This document shows, piece by piece, positions 8,194 through 18,617 of a DNA stretch of 50,051 bases. Both the position numbers and the translations under genes were made by a program. Each line of letters opens with the position of its first letter. Within the stretch, counting starts at the first letter, position 1. Source of the DNA: Bacillota bacterium (GTDB lineage: Bacteria; Bacillota; Clostridia; Christensenellales; Borkfalkiaceae). Below the pieces are notes generated by a model. That model was not told the DNA's origin. It was given only the letters and a program-made list of their open reading frames with translations, and ran no database searches. The DNA lies in NCBI GenBank assembly GCA_003343765.1, contig QAKO01000039.1:1-50051 (forward strand), given 5' to 3'.

Positions 8194-10296
8194 TTAACGA
8201 ACTTTTTTGCGCAGCAGCAAAACCGCCGCCGCACCGAGAGCAAGCGCCGCCGCAACGATCGACCCGACGCCGATCGCGGAAGAACATCCTCCCTTTTGCG
8301 GTTCACCGCCGTCCGGATTTTCAGGCTTGTCATCCGGCTCTTCCGTCCCGCCGCCCGATTCCGATTCGCCAACAGTTACTTTGAACTGGCAAGAATAACT
8401 GCCTTCTTCCACGTCCGTGGTACGCACGGTAAACGTGTAAGACCCCGCCTTTTTATTGTTCAGAAAATCTTTGCTGATCGTGATAACATATACCGTGCTC
8501 CCTTCCGCTTCGGGTTCAGCCGTATAATTATTAGTCATGATACCCGCACCGGAGAAGGATTTCCAGATACCGTTGTGGATATCCACTTTTACCACGAGAT
8601 CCTCGGTACCGCTGCCCGTTTTCCAGAAATAGCTGTCCTTTTCCACTGTAGGAGGCAATGTAGCCAGATCCGGATCGGAATAACGCACCGAAATTTCGGC
8701 ACTGCCGTCTCCGTTGCTTGCGTACAATTTATAAATATCGTACGCTTTGCCATCAAACCAAGAATATTTAATGGTCAAGGTTTGATTTTCTGCATCATAG
8801 CTGTACAAAGACGCATCCATTTCCTGCAAAACACCTTCCGCATCGGGCGCCAGCATCGTGATCGCTCCCGTGCCCGGATTTTTCAGCCCGACCGTCAGAT
8901 CTTGGTTCGAATTGCCCACCACTTTATACTCGGCATCTTCCTCGGTAAGTTCGGGAACATTGAAACCGTTTACGACGATCGTGTTTCCCTTCGAAGTGCT
9001 CGCCACGTCTTCAAAGAAATGGAAATAAGGATATGCCTTATAACCGTTGGATTCGAAATCGGAAAGTTTTGTCACAAGATCGGAAAAAATCAGTTTGCCG
9101 TTGTGATACATATCCGTGCCGTTCTCCTTTACGATAAAGGTGATACGGTCCATGTTTTCCCTGCCCTCGTACGGCTTGGATGCAGAATTCGTGGTATAGC
9201 TTTCCAGTCGGTTGTTCTGCGAAGGTTCGGTCGGCTGCGCCATGCCCGTACCCGTCTGGAACATGATCCCGTCGTTTTTGACGGCAATACTGTCGCTGTA
9301 ATCTTCCACTACTTCGGTCTTGTCTTCGCCGAATACGTCGTATTTAAGACGGTTGATGGAATCCAGCACGTCGGGACGCCCCAACCCCACAGCATACCAT
9401 ACAGCGGAAGCATTGGAAACGTCATAGCTGTATTCAATCGTAATAGGCTGACGCACGTCGTAACCCGTCGCGCTGATCAGGTGTTCCCTGTAACGGATCT
9501 GCTGTCCTGCGTACTGCGCCGCACGCTGGTCTGCGATCTTGTAACGCACCGTATCGTCCGCAAGCTGCTCGATCTGGTCGGAACCGAATTGCAGAAGATT
9601 GTTTTCAATGTAATGCTTTTTGATGCCCGCTTTCGCCGTGTACAGTTTGAAAGAAGGCTTGTTTGTTTTTGAAAAATATTCGAACGTCAACGACGCTTCG
9701 GAAAGATCCATTGCATTGAGTTCGGGTACGGGGATCGCCGTCAGTCCGTCAAACGCAAAAAACCACATCCCGTTTTCTTTGTGAATATCGATGCAATGAC
9801 GGGTATCTTCGATGCGCTGGTATGTTTCAAACGTTTCGAGATATTTTTTGCCTTCCACTGCATTATTCCCTGCTTCAATGGCAGGATCCAGATAGAACAC
9901 ATCCACATCCATCTTGTTTACCATCGTAGATACTGAAGAATAACGAGCATAAATAACCATTTCTACACCCACGCCCTGTGCGTTGACCGCAGTGAAACGG
10001 ATGTAATTGTTCCCATTGCTGCGCGCATTCTCGTCGATGGTCGTGTCCGTCGCTTTAACGATGATAAATTCGACATACGCACCCTCGTTAAAGTTGACTT
10101 TGCCTTTCTGATTCAAAACGACGGCTGTTCCCGCTTCGCCCGTGACATTGGAAACGGTTTCATTTCCCGTAACGGACGCTCCCGCAGAAGAAGTTTCCCA
10201 CATCGGCGTACTTTCTGCCGCAAAAACTGCTGCGACAGAAAAGTTCAAAGCGAGAAGCAACGCAAAAGCGATGATCCAGACAAATCTTTTCTTCAT
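8194..10296 (-). CDS. Surface protein with possible X2-like Ig modules and a GGCSS-TM-basic anchor
   Basis: Signal peptide; YSYD...TLTIK and VITISKDFL modules; ends GGCSSAIG-hydrophobic-RKKVR. Confidence 0.8.
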   Translation of the reverse strand: MKKRFVWIIAFALLLALNFSVAAVFAAESTPMWETSSAGASVTGNETVSNVTGEAGTAVVLNQKGKVNFNEGAYVEFIIVKATDTTIDENARSNGNNYIRFTAVNAQGVGVEMVIYARYSSVSTMVNKMDVDVFYLDPAIEAGNNAVEGKKYLETFETYQRIEDTRHCIDIHKENGMWFFAFDGLTAIPVPELNAMDLSEASLTFEYFSKTNKPSFKLYTAKAGIKKHYIENNLLQFGSDQIEQLADDTVRYKIADQRAAQYAGQQIRYREHLISATGYDVRQPITIEYSYDVSNASAVWYAVGLGRPDVLDSINRLKYDVFGEDKTEVVEDYSDSIAVKNDGIMFQTGTGMAQPTEPSQNNRLESYTTNSASKPYEGRENMDRITFIVKENGTDMYHNGKLIFSDLVTKLSDFESNGYKAYPYFHFFEDVASTSKGNTIVVNGFNVPELTEEDAEYKVVGNSNQDLTVGLKNPGTGAITMLAPDAEGVLQEMDASLYSYDAENQTLTIKYSWFDGKAYDIYKLYASNGDGSAEISVRYSDPDLATLPPTVEKDSYFWKTGSGTEDLVVKVDIHNGIWKSFSGAGIMTNNYTAEPEAEGSTVYVITISKDFLNNKKAGSYTFTVRTTDVEEGSYSCQFKVTVGESESGGGTEEPDDKPENPDGGEPQKGGCSSAIGVGSIVAAALALGAAAVLLLRKKVR

Positions 10297-10307
10297 CTTT
10301 TATCTCC

Positions 10308-12311
10308 TTAACCTTTGAATATATAGTTGAGCCTTCCGACAGGTGCAACATCGCCCGAAATATAATAACTCTGAATGTTTTCGGGTTCAGTAACATTGTC
10401 AGCTACTTTAAAGTTGATCGTAAATCCGTCTTCTGTAATACCCAGTGCGGATTTGGGAATGCTGAACTGCATATACTTTCCGCCCAGAGTAAACTTCGCA
10501 ACGCCTTTTCCTTTATAAGCGATCTTTCCGCCATCTTTGGCATACTGCTCCACACTGCAATCGCCCGTATAGGAGGACTGACGGTTGACTATGTAATCGT
10601 ATCCGCAGAACGCGTCGTTATCCTGCCCTTCCACGTCGATAAGAAGATTCATCCAGTTGTTCGATTCAACGTTGGGTACGATATCATCCTCGCATACGAC
10701 AAGCACATAAATGTTTTCATCGTCGTGCGCTACGCGGATCTCGGCAATGTCATTTTTCAGACTGTCGTCTTTGTATTGAAGATCCTGCGTGAACCCGCGG
10801 TAATCGCGATTTCCTTCTCCCGTCACGTCAAAATACACGTCCGCAACCTGCGACCACTGCGTCATACCCTGCTTGATATCGACTGTCGTCTTTGCACTCG
10901 CCGCCATCTGACCTGACGCACCTTTGAGCGTACGCGTATTGCGCATCAGCTGCAAGAATGCCGTATCTCCGTATCCGTCTTTCATCATCTCGATATCACG
11001 CGAATATTCACGGTTAACCGTATCCACAAAGAAAACGCGCTTGCCGCGGCATTCCTCATATTGCTGGTTATTGCCCAATGCAGCAGCATTCTTGATCGCC
11101 ACCCATTCGTTCCAGCCAGTAACAAATGTGTATTTTACGTCATAACGTATGGCATTTTGCCACATTTCTTCAAAGTTCAACCCCGCATCAATGGCATCGT
11201 CCGAATGATCCGGCCCGTTCGCAAGCGTATATCCTCTGCCCCACATCTCATCGGCCAGTTCCGCCGAAAGAAGCGCGTCAGAGAAAGGCAGTTTGTTATG
11301 CTGCGCAACCGATACGTTCACTGTATCTGTGTAAATAGTCTGCGGTTTTGTCCAATCCATCCAAGGCAATCCGTTTTCGTACTGCTCCTTGTTCGGCCAC
11401 AACGATTCCCAGAAATCAAAGAAGTTCAAAAGAACGGGATCGGTCACAATATGATCTTTCGGATCCCCGATTTCGCCGTTCGTGCTGTCCGGATCGGTGA
11501 TCGCCGCTATCTTCGGTTTTCCTTCGGGAGCAAACCAGAGATTTTTATAATAACCGTTTTTATAAATCCCCTCTTTTTCCAATACGTTGTCCGAAGATGT
11601 CACGCGCCCGTAATACAGATCATTCAGCACCTTTTTGGAACTCGTATTCAGGTAAAACATAAATTTGGGAACATCCCAGCCTTCGTCGTACATCTCCTGC
11701 ATAATAGGCAGAATTACAGAAACAACATCGATATAATCGTAGCCGTTTGTACAGTCAAAAGCAATAAAATCAATGCCAGACAAAGTAAACAGTTCCATCT
11801 GACGGCGGATCACCCAAGGATCCTTGCTGTTGTAATACCCGTACAGCGGCTCGCCCCAATAATGATACTGACCGAGCGGACTCTCTGCGTTGCCTTCCGT
11901 ATCCCAAAGAGCATCGGGATTTTCATCGATCAGTTTGGTAATATCGTAAACACCCTGCATCTGCGTGCCGTGCCAGCCTAACCATGTAAAGTAAAACAAG
12001 CCTACATAGCGTTCTTTATCCGTTTTGTAGCCGTCCATAAAGCCAAAACTTCTGCCATAGTCGTCCGTTGCCTGCAATTTGTTGATCGTATCCTGACGGG
12101 ATACGGTCGACACCGCAAGTTCTCCGTCCGTCACAAACGTATAAGTGGGGTTTTCGGAATCGCCCTTGTCTATCGTCATATCGCTTTCTCCCTGGGATCC
12201 GTTGTCCGGATCTTCGCCCGGTTTTCCGTCATCCTGCTTGCCGCACCCGACAAAAAAGACAGACGAAACCAAAAATAGTATGCTCATCAAAATCGAAATT
12301 ACTTTCTTCAA
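10308..12311 (-). CDS. Lipoprotein, GH99/GH71-like putative glycoside hydrolase
   Basis: FVGC lipobox; VGLFYFTW, YWGEPLYGYY, GIDF, TGWNEW, SRDIE; TTG start at 12311 inferred from AGGAGG RBS. Confidence 0.75.
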   Translation of the reverse strand: MKKVISILMSILFLVSSVFFVGCGKQDDGKPGEDPDNGSQGESDMTIDKGDSENPTYTFVTDGELAVSTVSRQDTINKLQATDDYGRSFGFMDGYKTDKERYVGLFYFTWLGWHGTQMQGVYDITKLIDENPDALWDTEGNAESPLGQYHYWGEPLYGYYNSKDPWVIRRQMELFTLSGIDFIAFDCTNGYDYIDVVSVILPIMQEMYDEGWDVPKFMFYLNTSSKKVLNDLYYGRVTSSDNVLEKEGIYKNGYYKNLWFAPEGKPKIAAITDPDSTNGEIGDPKDHIVTDPVLLNFFDFWESLWPNKEQYENGLPWMDWTKPQTIYTDTVNVSVAQHNKLPFSDALLSAELADEMWGRGYTLANGPDHSDDAIDAGLNFEEMWQNAIRYDVKYTFVTGWNEWVAIKNAAALGNNQQYEECRGKRVFFVDTVNREYSRDIEMMKDGYGDTAFLQLMRNTRTLKGASGQMAASAKTTVDIKQGMTQWSQVADVYFDVTGEGNRDYRGFTQDLQYKDDSLKNDIAEIRVAHDDENIYVLVVCEDDIVPNVESNNWMNLLIDVEGQDNDAFCGYDYIVNRQSSYTGDCSVEQYAKDGGKIAYKGKGVAKFTLGGKYMQFSIPKSALGITEDGFTINFKVADNVTEPENIQSYYISGDVAPVGRLNYIFKG

Positions 12312-12328
12312 AACACTTTCCTCCTGCA

Positions 12329-14065
12329 TCATAAATTACCGTAGGTATAGCCGAGCGCACCGATGGGAGCGCTGTCGCCCTGAATATAAAAATTCATAGG
12401 ATCGGAAGCATCCACATTATCCGAAACACGGATACGCAGTCCTTTGGGGCTGCCCAGTGCCGTCTTGGATACTTTTACCGTTAAAATATTGCCGGAAACA
12501 GTGATTTCAACATTCCCTGCCGTTTCGTAACCCATTGCTCTCACTTTGCTGATCTTGCCGTATTCACGGTTGATCACATAATTGTAACCGCTGCCTGCCG
12601 CCGTTGCGATCCAGATATTCATCCAATCCGTATCGCCCTGCTCGTATTCCGTGATGTCGGAAGCCGCTGTTATTCTGAAATAATAATTTCCTTCGTCCTG
12701 CATCACTTCCGTCTTTACGATATCGTTGCGGTTCGTCTTATCCGTATAAGTGACGGACGAATCATATCCCGCAAAATTGCGTTCCATTGCGTCGCCTTCA
12801 AAGTCGAGATAGGTGACGGCCGTCGACCAGTCGCCTTCTGTTCCCTCAGGGAAAATATAATTTCCCGCCTCGTTATACTTGAATTCCTTTGTATTGCGCA
12901 ACATCTGTTGGTAAAAATTATCGCCGTATCCGCCTTTCATCATCTCAAGATCACGCGAATATTCCTTGTTGAACGTATCCACAAAATATACGTCCGGCTG
13001 TGCAAATTTGATAGCGATCCATTCGTTCCAACCCGTCATAAATACGGTATGTACGGAAGTTTCGTCCTCTTCAAGATAATTGAAAACGGTGTCCCACTGC
13101 GATTCAAAGTTGATCCCCTCGTCCGCACGGTCACTGTCATTGACAAACTTCTTCTGATCGTATCCCCGACCCCAGTTACTTTCTTGCAGACTCATACGGC
13201 TGGTCGTGTGCTGCGCCACCGAAATACTCACGATCCCGTTGAAATTCCTTTGCGGATACGTCCAGTCCATCCAAGGAAAACTTTCCTCGTCATGCAGCGG
13301 ATCGTTCGGCCAGTCCGTCTTGCGGATATCAAAAAAGCTTCCGATCTCACTGTCTGAAGTGAAATTACGGGGATTTCCGCAAATCATCGGTTTCCCCTCC
13401 GGCGCATACCACAAGTCCGGATAATAGTGCTCCGCGCCTTCCTTGTAATACTTTGCGTACAGAGAATTGATCACGTCCTTTGACCCGCTGTTCGTGATAA
13501 ACATGATCTTCGGAACATCCCAGCCCTGCTTTTGGTATTTATCCAGAATTTCCAGCATCTTTATCACAACGTTGTCGTAAGTAACAGCATTGGTCACGTC
13601 GAATCCCAGAAAATCAATGCCCGCCATCGTGAACAGTTCCACATGACGCGTGATCACCCAAGGATCGTCCGAACGGTAGTAGCCGTACAGCGGTTCGCCC
13701 CAGAAATGATATGACCCTGTCGGGCTTTCCGTAGTTCCTTCCGGATCCCACAGTGCGTCGGGATTGTTTTCGAGAAGATCGGAAATATCATACACTTTGT
13801 TTCCGTGTGCTCCCAGCCACAGAAAATAGAAAAGCCCGACATCCCTGCTTTCCTTTCTATCAAGACTTGCATACGCGGTTCTGCCGTACGCGTCCACAGA
13901 CGCAGTACTCGCCACCGTAAGCGCAGTTTGCGACATTTCAGGAATAGGCACCGGATCTTCCACCGGAAGTCCCGGTTTTTCCTCCGGTCTCGCGCATGCC
14001 GCGGTTGGGAGAAGCATCGCTCCGCCAACCGCAAACGCAACAATTTTTTTCAGTAATTTATTCAT
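12329..14065 (-). CDS. Lipoprotein, GH99/GH71-like putative glycoside hydrolase (paralog of 10308-12311)
   Basis: TAAC lipobox; VGLFYFLW, FWGEPLYGYY, GIDF, TGWNEW, SRDLE. Confidence 0.75.
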   Translation of the reverse strand: MNKLLKKIVAFAVGGAMLLPTAACARPEEKPGLPVEDPVPIPEMSQTALTVASTASVDAYGRTAYASLDRKESRDVGLFYFLWLGAHGNKVYDISDLLENNPDALWDPEGTTESPTGSYHFWGEPLYGYYRSDDPWVITRHVELFTMAGIDFLGFDVTNAVTYDNVVIKMLEILDKYQKQGWDVPKIMFITNSGSKDVINSLYAKYYKEGAEHYYPDLWYAPEGKPMICGNPRNFTSDSEIGSFFDIRKTDWPNDPLHDEESFPWMDWTYPQRNFNGIVSISVAQHTTSRMSLQESNWGRGYDQKKFVNDSDRADEGINFESQWDTVFNYLEEDETSVHTVFMTGWNEWIAIKFAQPDVYFVDTFNKEYSRDLEMMKGGYGDNFYQQMLRNTKEFKYNEAGNYIFPEGTEGDWSTAVTYLDFEGDAMERNFAGYDSSVTYTDKTNRNDIVKTEVMQDEGNYYFRITAASDITEYEQGDTDWMNIWIATAAGSGYNYVINREYGKISKVRAMGYETAGNVEITVSGNILTVKVSKTALGSPKGLRIRVSDNVDASDPMNFYIQGDSAPIGALGYTYGNL

Positions 14066-14068
14066 CTC

Positions 14069-14941
14069 TTACCCCTTCAGCGCAGATGTCGAAATGCCCT
14101 CGATCAACTGTTTCTGGAATACCAGGAACAAAATTGCAGGGAATATAGACATAAACACGCCCGCCGCCATTTTCAGGTTTGCCTTGTCCGGTGTAACGAA
14201 TGTGTAGAGCGAATCTTTAAAGATCGCATAGGCAAGCGTTTCCGTTCCTTCTTTGCTCAGATACAGGAGCGGCGTATAGAAATCACTCCAATTCGCATTG
14301 AACACCGTAACCATAATAAAGGTGAGCACGGGCATACACAGCGGCAACGTAATACTGAAATACCTCACCAGCGGGTTTGCACCGTCGATTTTTGCGGCCT
14401 CTTCCAGTTCTTTGGGAATGCCGATCATGTACTGACGGATCAGGAACACATAGATCGCGCCGCCGCCGAACAGGTTCGGAATGGTGAGCGGAAGCAAAGA
14501 ATCCAGCCAGCCGAAATCGTTAAAGAGAACGTACAGCGGAATCTGCACCACAACACCCGGAAGCATCATGGTCGCCATCATCAGCGAAAAGAAAAACCTT
14601 TTGCCGCGGAACCAGTATTTCGAAAACCCGTAAGCCACAAAGGAAGCCGAAAGCGGTATGGCAATCAGGTTGAAAACAACTACTTTCGCTGTCTGCAAAA
14701 AATATCTGAAATAATTGTTTGCAGTAAAAAGATCAATGTACGCCTTGAAGCTGAAAGGCTCCGGCCACAGTTCCACGGGATAAAGCATCACCTGACTGTC
14801 CAGCATCAGACTGCGCAGCAGCATGAACATATACGGAAAGAGCAAAACAACTGCAAGCACCGTCATGAACAGATACATCAGCGCCAGTCCTGCCGCACGG
14901 CGCACTTTTTGTGCCTTATTTTTATCAAAAGCATCCTGCAT
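14069..14941 (-). CDS. Carbohydrate ABC transporter permease (MalG-like)
   Basis: EEAAKIDGA EAA motif; multiple TM segments. Confidence 0.93.
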   Translation of the reverse strand: MQDAFDKNKAQKVRRAAGLALMYLFMTVLAVVLLFPYMFMLLRSLMLDSQVMLYPVELWPEPFSFKAYIDLFTANNYFRYFLQTAKVVVFNLIAIPLSASFVAYGFSKYWFRGKRFFFSLMMATMMLPGVVVQIPLYVLFNDFGWLDSLLPLTIPNLFGGGAIYVFLIRQYMIGIPKELEEAAKIDGANPLVRYFSITLPLCMPVLTFIMVTVFNANWSDFYTPLLYLSKEGTETLAYAIFKDSLYTFVTPDKANLKMAAGVFMSIFPAILFLVFQKQLIEGISTSALKG

Positions 14942-14942
14942 C

Positions 14943-15896
14943 TTATTCGTCCCCCGTATAAACCCATTTACTGGTCAGGAAAGTGACCGCCGTAAGTACC
15001 GCGATCACAAGGAACAGTACCCAGGCAAGTGCCGACGCATACCCGAAATCCTTTGCAATGAACGCTTCATTGTAGATCTTGACCGCTATAAAATACAGCG
15101 AATCCTTGGGGCCACGGCCGCCGTCGGAGGCAAAGACCATGGTGTGATTGGTCTGCATCGCACCGATAATTCCTGTCACCAGATTATAGAAGATCATCGG
15201 CGTGGAAAGGGGTACCGTGATGAAGAAAAATCTGCGGAATACCCCTGCCCCGTCTATGCGCGCTGCTTCGTAAAGTCCTGCGGGAATGTTTTTCAGAGCC
15301 GCAAGCCATAAAACCATACCGCCTCCCAGTCCCCACAGATTCATCACGATCGCGGACGCAAGAGCCGTGGACGCCGTCGCAAAAAATCCGCTGGGAGGGA
15401 TACCAAATTGACCGAGAAATAAATTCAGTACACCCTGCGAAGAAGGATCCATAATCTGACTCCAGATCACGCCCGATACAACACCGGGGATCACGACAGG
15501 CAGATAGTAAAATACGCGAAATGCCTTTACACAGTGAATTTTTTGGTTTACCAGCACCGCCAGCAAGTAAGAAAGGCACAGGTTCAGCGGCACACTGATA
15601 ATACCGTACAAAAAAGTGTTTCCGAATACCTTGGCAACTTCTTCGAAATCCAGCCCGAACATATAGCGGAAATTTGCAATACCGTTAAACTCAAATGTTC
15701 TTCCGCCGTCATAATTGTAAAAACTGTAAATCAAAGACTGGATCATCGGATAAGCGGTAAAGATCGCAATACCGATGACAAGCGGAGAAATAAACATCCA
15801 GCCTGCCCAGCTCATCCGCCATTCTTTTTTCAAAAATGCCAGAAAGTCGTTTCCTCTTCCGCCTCCCGACACTCCTTTATCCGTTTTTATACGCAT
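14943..15896 (-). CDS. Carbohydrate ABC transporter permease (MalF-like)
   Basis: YEAARIDGAG motif; FGYASALAW. Confidence 0.93.
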   Translation of the reverse strand: MRIKTDKGVSGGGRGNDFLAFLKKEWRMSWAGWMFISPLVIGIAIFTAYPMIQSLIYSFYNYDGGRTFEFNGIANFRYMFGLDFEEVAKVFGNTFLYGIISVPLNLCLSYLLAVLVNQKIHCVKAFRVFYYLPVVIPGVVSGVIWSQIMDPSSQGVLNLFLGQFGIPPSGFFATASTALASAIVMNLWGLGGGMVLWLAALKNIPAGLYEAARIDGAGVFRRFFFITVPLSTPMIFYNLVTGIIGAMQTNHTMVFASDGGRGPKDSLYFIAVKIYNEAFIAKDFGYASALAWVLFLVIAVLTAVTFLTSKWVYTGDE

Positions 15897-15905
15897 AAAT
15901 TATCC

Positions 15906-17345
15906 TCATTTGGAAATGTACTTGTTCAGATTTTTCACACATTCTTCGATGCAGCTTTCAATCGTGTATTCCGGATTCAGCGATCCGATTTCCGTTCCCG
16001 TATAAGTCATGATCTCGTTGATGAACGAAGACATAGTGCTGACCAGAATCTGCTTTTTGGATGCAGCATAATTCAGGAAGAAAGTTTCACTGTAATTGCG
16101 TTCAGGTTCCCAGACAGTCGCCTCCAGGTTCAGATCACGATACCCTTCGCCCCAGGAAGCCGTGTTATAATCCTGCAAATCTTCTCTCACGGAAGGAGTT
16201 TTCATACCCGCCTTTGCAAGATATTCCTGCCCTTCATAAGAAACGATATAGTTAAGGAATTGCCATGCAAGATCGCGCTTTGTCTCATCTATTCCTGCAA
16301 AGACCCCGTATCCGGGCACACCGAATCCGAATACACCTGCATCGCCGTTGATCACAGGGAACGTGACTATGTCGTAGTCATCCCCGATATAACCCTTGTA
16401 TTTAGCGATCGCACTCGAAGAGTGGAACAACATTGCGCCGTTTCCGTTTTCATAGTTCGCACCGCCCGTAGCCGTATGCCCGATGTAGCCCTTTTCGATC
16501 ATTTCGCGGATCATTTCCGCCGTCTTTACCGTTCCCTCGTTGTCCAATGTAAAATTCTTTCCGTCCGATATGGATGCGTTATTCGACTTGAAAAGCGAAA
16601 ACATGATAGGTGCCCAGGTAAACGTATGATCGACAAGATAACGCCCCTTCGAAACCGTCCAGCCCTGGCTGTCAAAGTATTCACGCAATGCCGCACATAC
16701 GTCCATAAAATCATCCCACGTCCAACCGTTTTTGATAATATCCGTCGGCAATGCTTCGTCAGGATGCTGTTCGTTCCAGTACTTGATCGCCGCATCCGTG
16801 TATTTCGTGTTCAGATGCGTGACGATACGGTCAGACGAACGCGGAATAAAATACTGATTGCCGTCATAATTTTCCTGTCCCATCTTCCATGCTTCCGGAA
16901 CAAACTGCTTTTCAAAATCTGCATTGTTTTTCGTTTCCGCTCTTATATAAGGCGCAAGATTCAGAAAATATTCGCTCGAAATAAAACTGAAACTCTCCGA
17001 TTCACTCGTATAGAAAATATCCGGCATATTTTCAGCCTTTACCCGTTTGTCCACTTCACTTACATAATCCGTTCCCGTAATGCGCACTGTTTCGATCGTA
17101 ACGTTCGGGAACAACAGCTTGAATCCTTCCGCTACCGCTTTGATCAGTTCCGCTTCGTACGGGTCTGCCGTAACCCCGACCGTCAACGTTGCCGTCTGCT
17201 GATAATCTTCATCAGTCATGTCGACGTTCACTTCATAATCATCGCCGGGATTTTCAAACGATTGTTTCCTGCCACATCCCACTACCGAAAAAACGGATAC
17301 AAACGTGACAAAAGCAAGCAACAATGCAACCAATGTCTTCTTCAT
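15906..17345 (-). CDS. Carbohydrate ABC substrate-binding lipoprotein
   Basis: VVGC lipobox; MPDIF, WTWDDF, AWQFLNY family-1 SBP features; precedes two permeases. Confidence 0.9.
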   Translation of the reverse strand: MKKTLVALLLAFVTFVSVFSVVGCGRKQSFENPGDDYEVNVDMTDEDYQQTATLTVGVTADPYEAELIKAVAEGFKLLFPNVTIETVRITGTDYVSEVDKRVKAENMPDIFYTSESESFSFISSEYFLNLAPYIRAETKNNADFEKQFVPEAWKMGQENYDGNQYFIPRSSDRIVTHLNTKYTDAAIKYWNEQHPDEALPTDIIKNGWTWDDFMDVCAALREYFDSQGWTVSKGRYLVDHTFTWAPIMFSLFKSNNASISDGKNFTLDNEGTVKTAEMIREMIEKGYIGHTATGGANYENGNGAMLFHSSSAIAKYKGYIGDDYDIVTFPVINGDAGVFGFGVPGYGVFAGIDETKRDLAWQFLNYIVSYEGQEYLAKAGMKTPSVREDLQDYNTASWGEGYRDLNLEATVWEPERNYSETFFLNYAASKKQILVSTMSSFINEIMTYTGTEIGSLNPEYTIESCIEECVKNLNKYISK

Positions 17346-17402
17346 AATTTACTCCTTTTTTCCTGATATTTTCTGCCTGTCAACTTTTTCCGGCTTTGCC
17401 GT

Positions 17403-17424
17403 AAATTGACACGCGTCAATTTCT
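17403..17424. promoter_or_regulatory. LacI-type operator upstream of the ABC operon
   Basis: TTGACACGCGTCAA near-palindrome with central CG; identical 19-mer at 18618. Confidence 0.8.
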
Positions 17425-17567
17425 TTCTTAAAATTTACCATCGCTTTTGGCAATGGCTGATAAATCTTATCTTATGCGATTCTGTTCCATCTTTTCTCTC
17501 TGATAGGTGAACTCTTTTTTTGCATACGCAAAAAAAGACAAGCGCTTGTCTTAAATTTTTTCAGACG

Positions 17568-18557
17568 TTATCTGCGTTCGGCCAAAGATTCGCGATAAAC
17601 CGCATGTGCGGGGTAAATTTTATAAACCCTCGAACGCTTTCCTTCTATTTCCCCGATCACCTGTTCGGCAATCTCCTCTCCCTGCTTGCGCTTATCTATC
17701 GTGATCGTCGTCAACGACGGAACATACAGTTTGCCTTGATCGATATCGTCGCACCCAATCACGGAAATGTCCTGCGGGACACGGATACCTGCATCCTTTA
17801 ACGTACGAAGAACCCCCATCGCGCAGAGATCATTAGTACAGAATACAGCAGTCGCATCCGGATAATCTCGGATAAGCTTATGACACAATTCCCTGCCGAT
17901 CTCATCACTCCGCAGCTCAAAATCATGATTGTAAAAAACTTCCGTTTTTTCAAATTTTCCGCTTTCCGCCATCGCCTTCCAAGCCTTACCGCGACTGTCC
18001 GCATAAAAGCCTTCTTCATCGGCGTTACTTATGTAAGCAATCTTCCGATGCCCAAGTTCGTAAACCTTTTGCAGAAGTTCGTTCATCGCATCCGTGTAAT
18101 CATTTTCGAACAACGATCCAACTTCTCCGTTAAAATTGATCATCACCGCCCCGTAATGTGCCAGCCAGTCAATAAAACTGTCCGGATACTGGTTTGTCAT
18201 AAAATTGATGATCCCGTCCAAACGATGCTGTACGATTACGTCCAACTTGTTCTTCATGTTGTTGTCCAGCATGAACAACGATACAATATAACCTTTTTTC
18301 GTTGCGTGACTCTCTATATGCCTTGCCAGTTCCATATGATATGGATTCGTCGTTTCATAAATTGCAATCCCGATATGCTTCGACTTCCCCATTACAAGCG
18401 TCCGCGCATTCTGATCCGGAACATAGTTTAAAGCCGTGATCGCTTCCATGACCCGCCTCGTCTTATCCTCGGACACACAAGCTTTCCCGTTTATTACGTT
18501 CGATACGGTAGCCTCCGATACATTTGCCCGCTCCGCTACCTGCCTTCTAGTTACCAT
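17568..18557 (-). CDS. LacI-family repressor
   Basis: TRRQVAERANVSEATVSNVING; VPQDISVIGCDD; PSLTTI. Confidence 0.95.
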   Translation of the reverse strand: MVTRRQVAERANVSEATVSNVINGKACVSEDKTRRVMEAITALNYVPDQNARTLVMGKSKHIGIAIYETTNPYHMELARHIESHATKKGYIVSLFMLDNNMKNKLDVIVQHRLDGIINFMTNQYPDSFIDWLAHYGAVMINFNGEVGSLFENDYTDAMNELLQKVYELGHRKIAYISNADEEGFYADSRGKAWKAMAESGKFEKTEVFYNHDFELRSDEIGRELCHKLIRDYPDATAVFCTNDLCAMGVLRTLKDAGIRVPQDISVIGCDDIDQGKLYVPSLTTITIDKRKQGEEIAEQVIGEIEGKRSRVYKIYPAHAVYRESLAERR

Positions 18558-18617
18558 TTCTCACCACTTTACCTATTTATTGTACATTAAGCCCAAATAA
18601 TGTCAATAATTATCATT

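Noticed and set aside
15534..17366. Long antisense ORFs (also 6538-8040, 8296-9672, 34465-35565, 38256-40403)
   Set aside because: Shadows of clear minus-strand genes; no motifs or RBS
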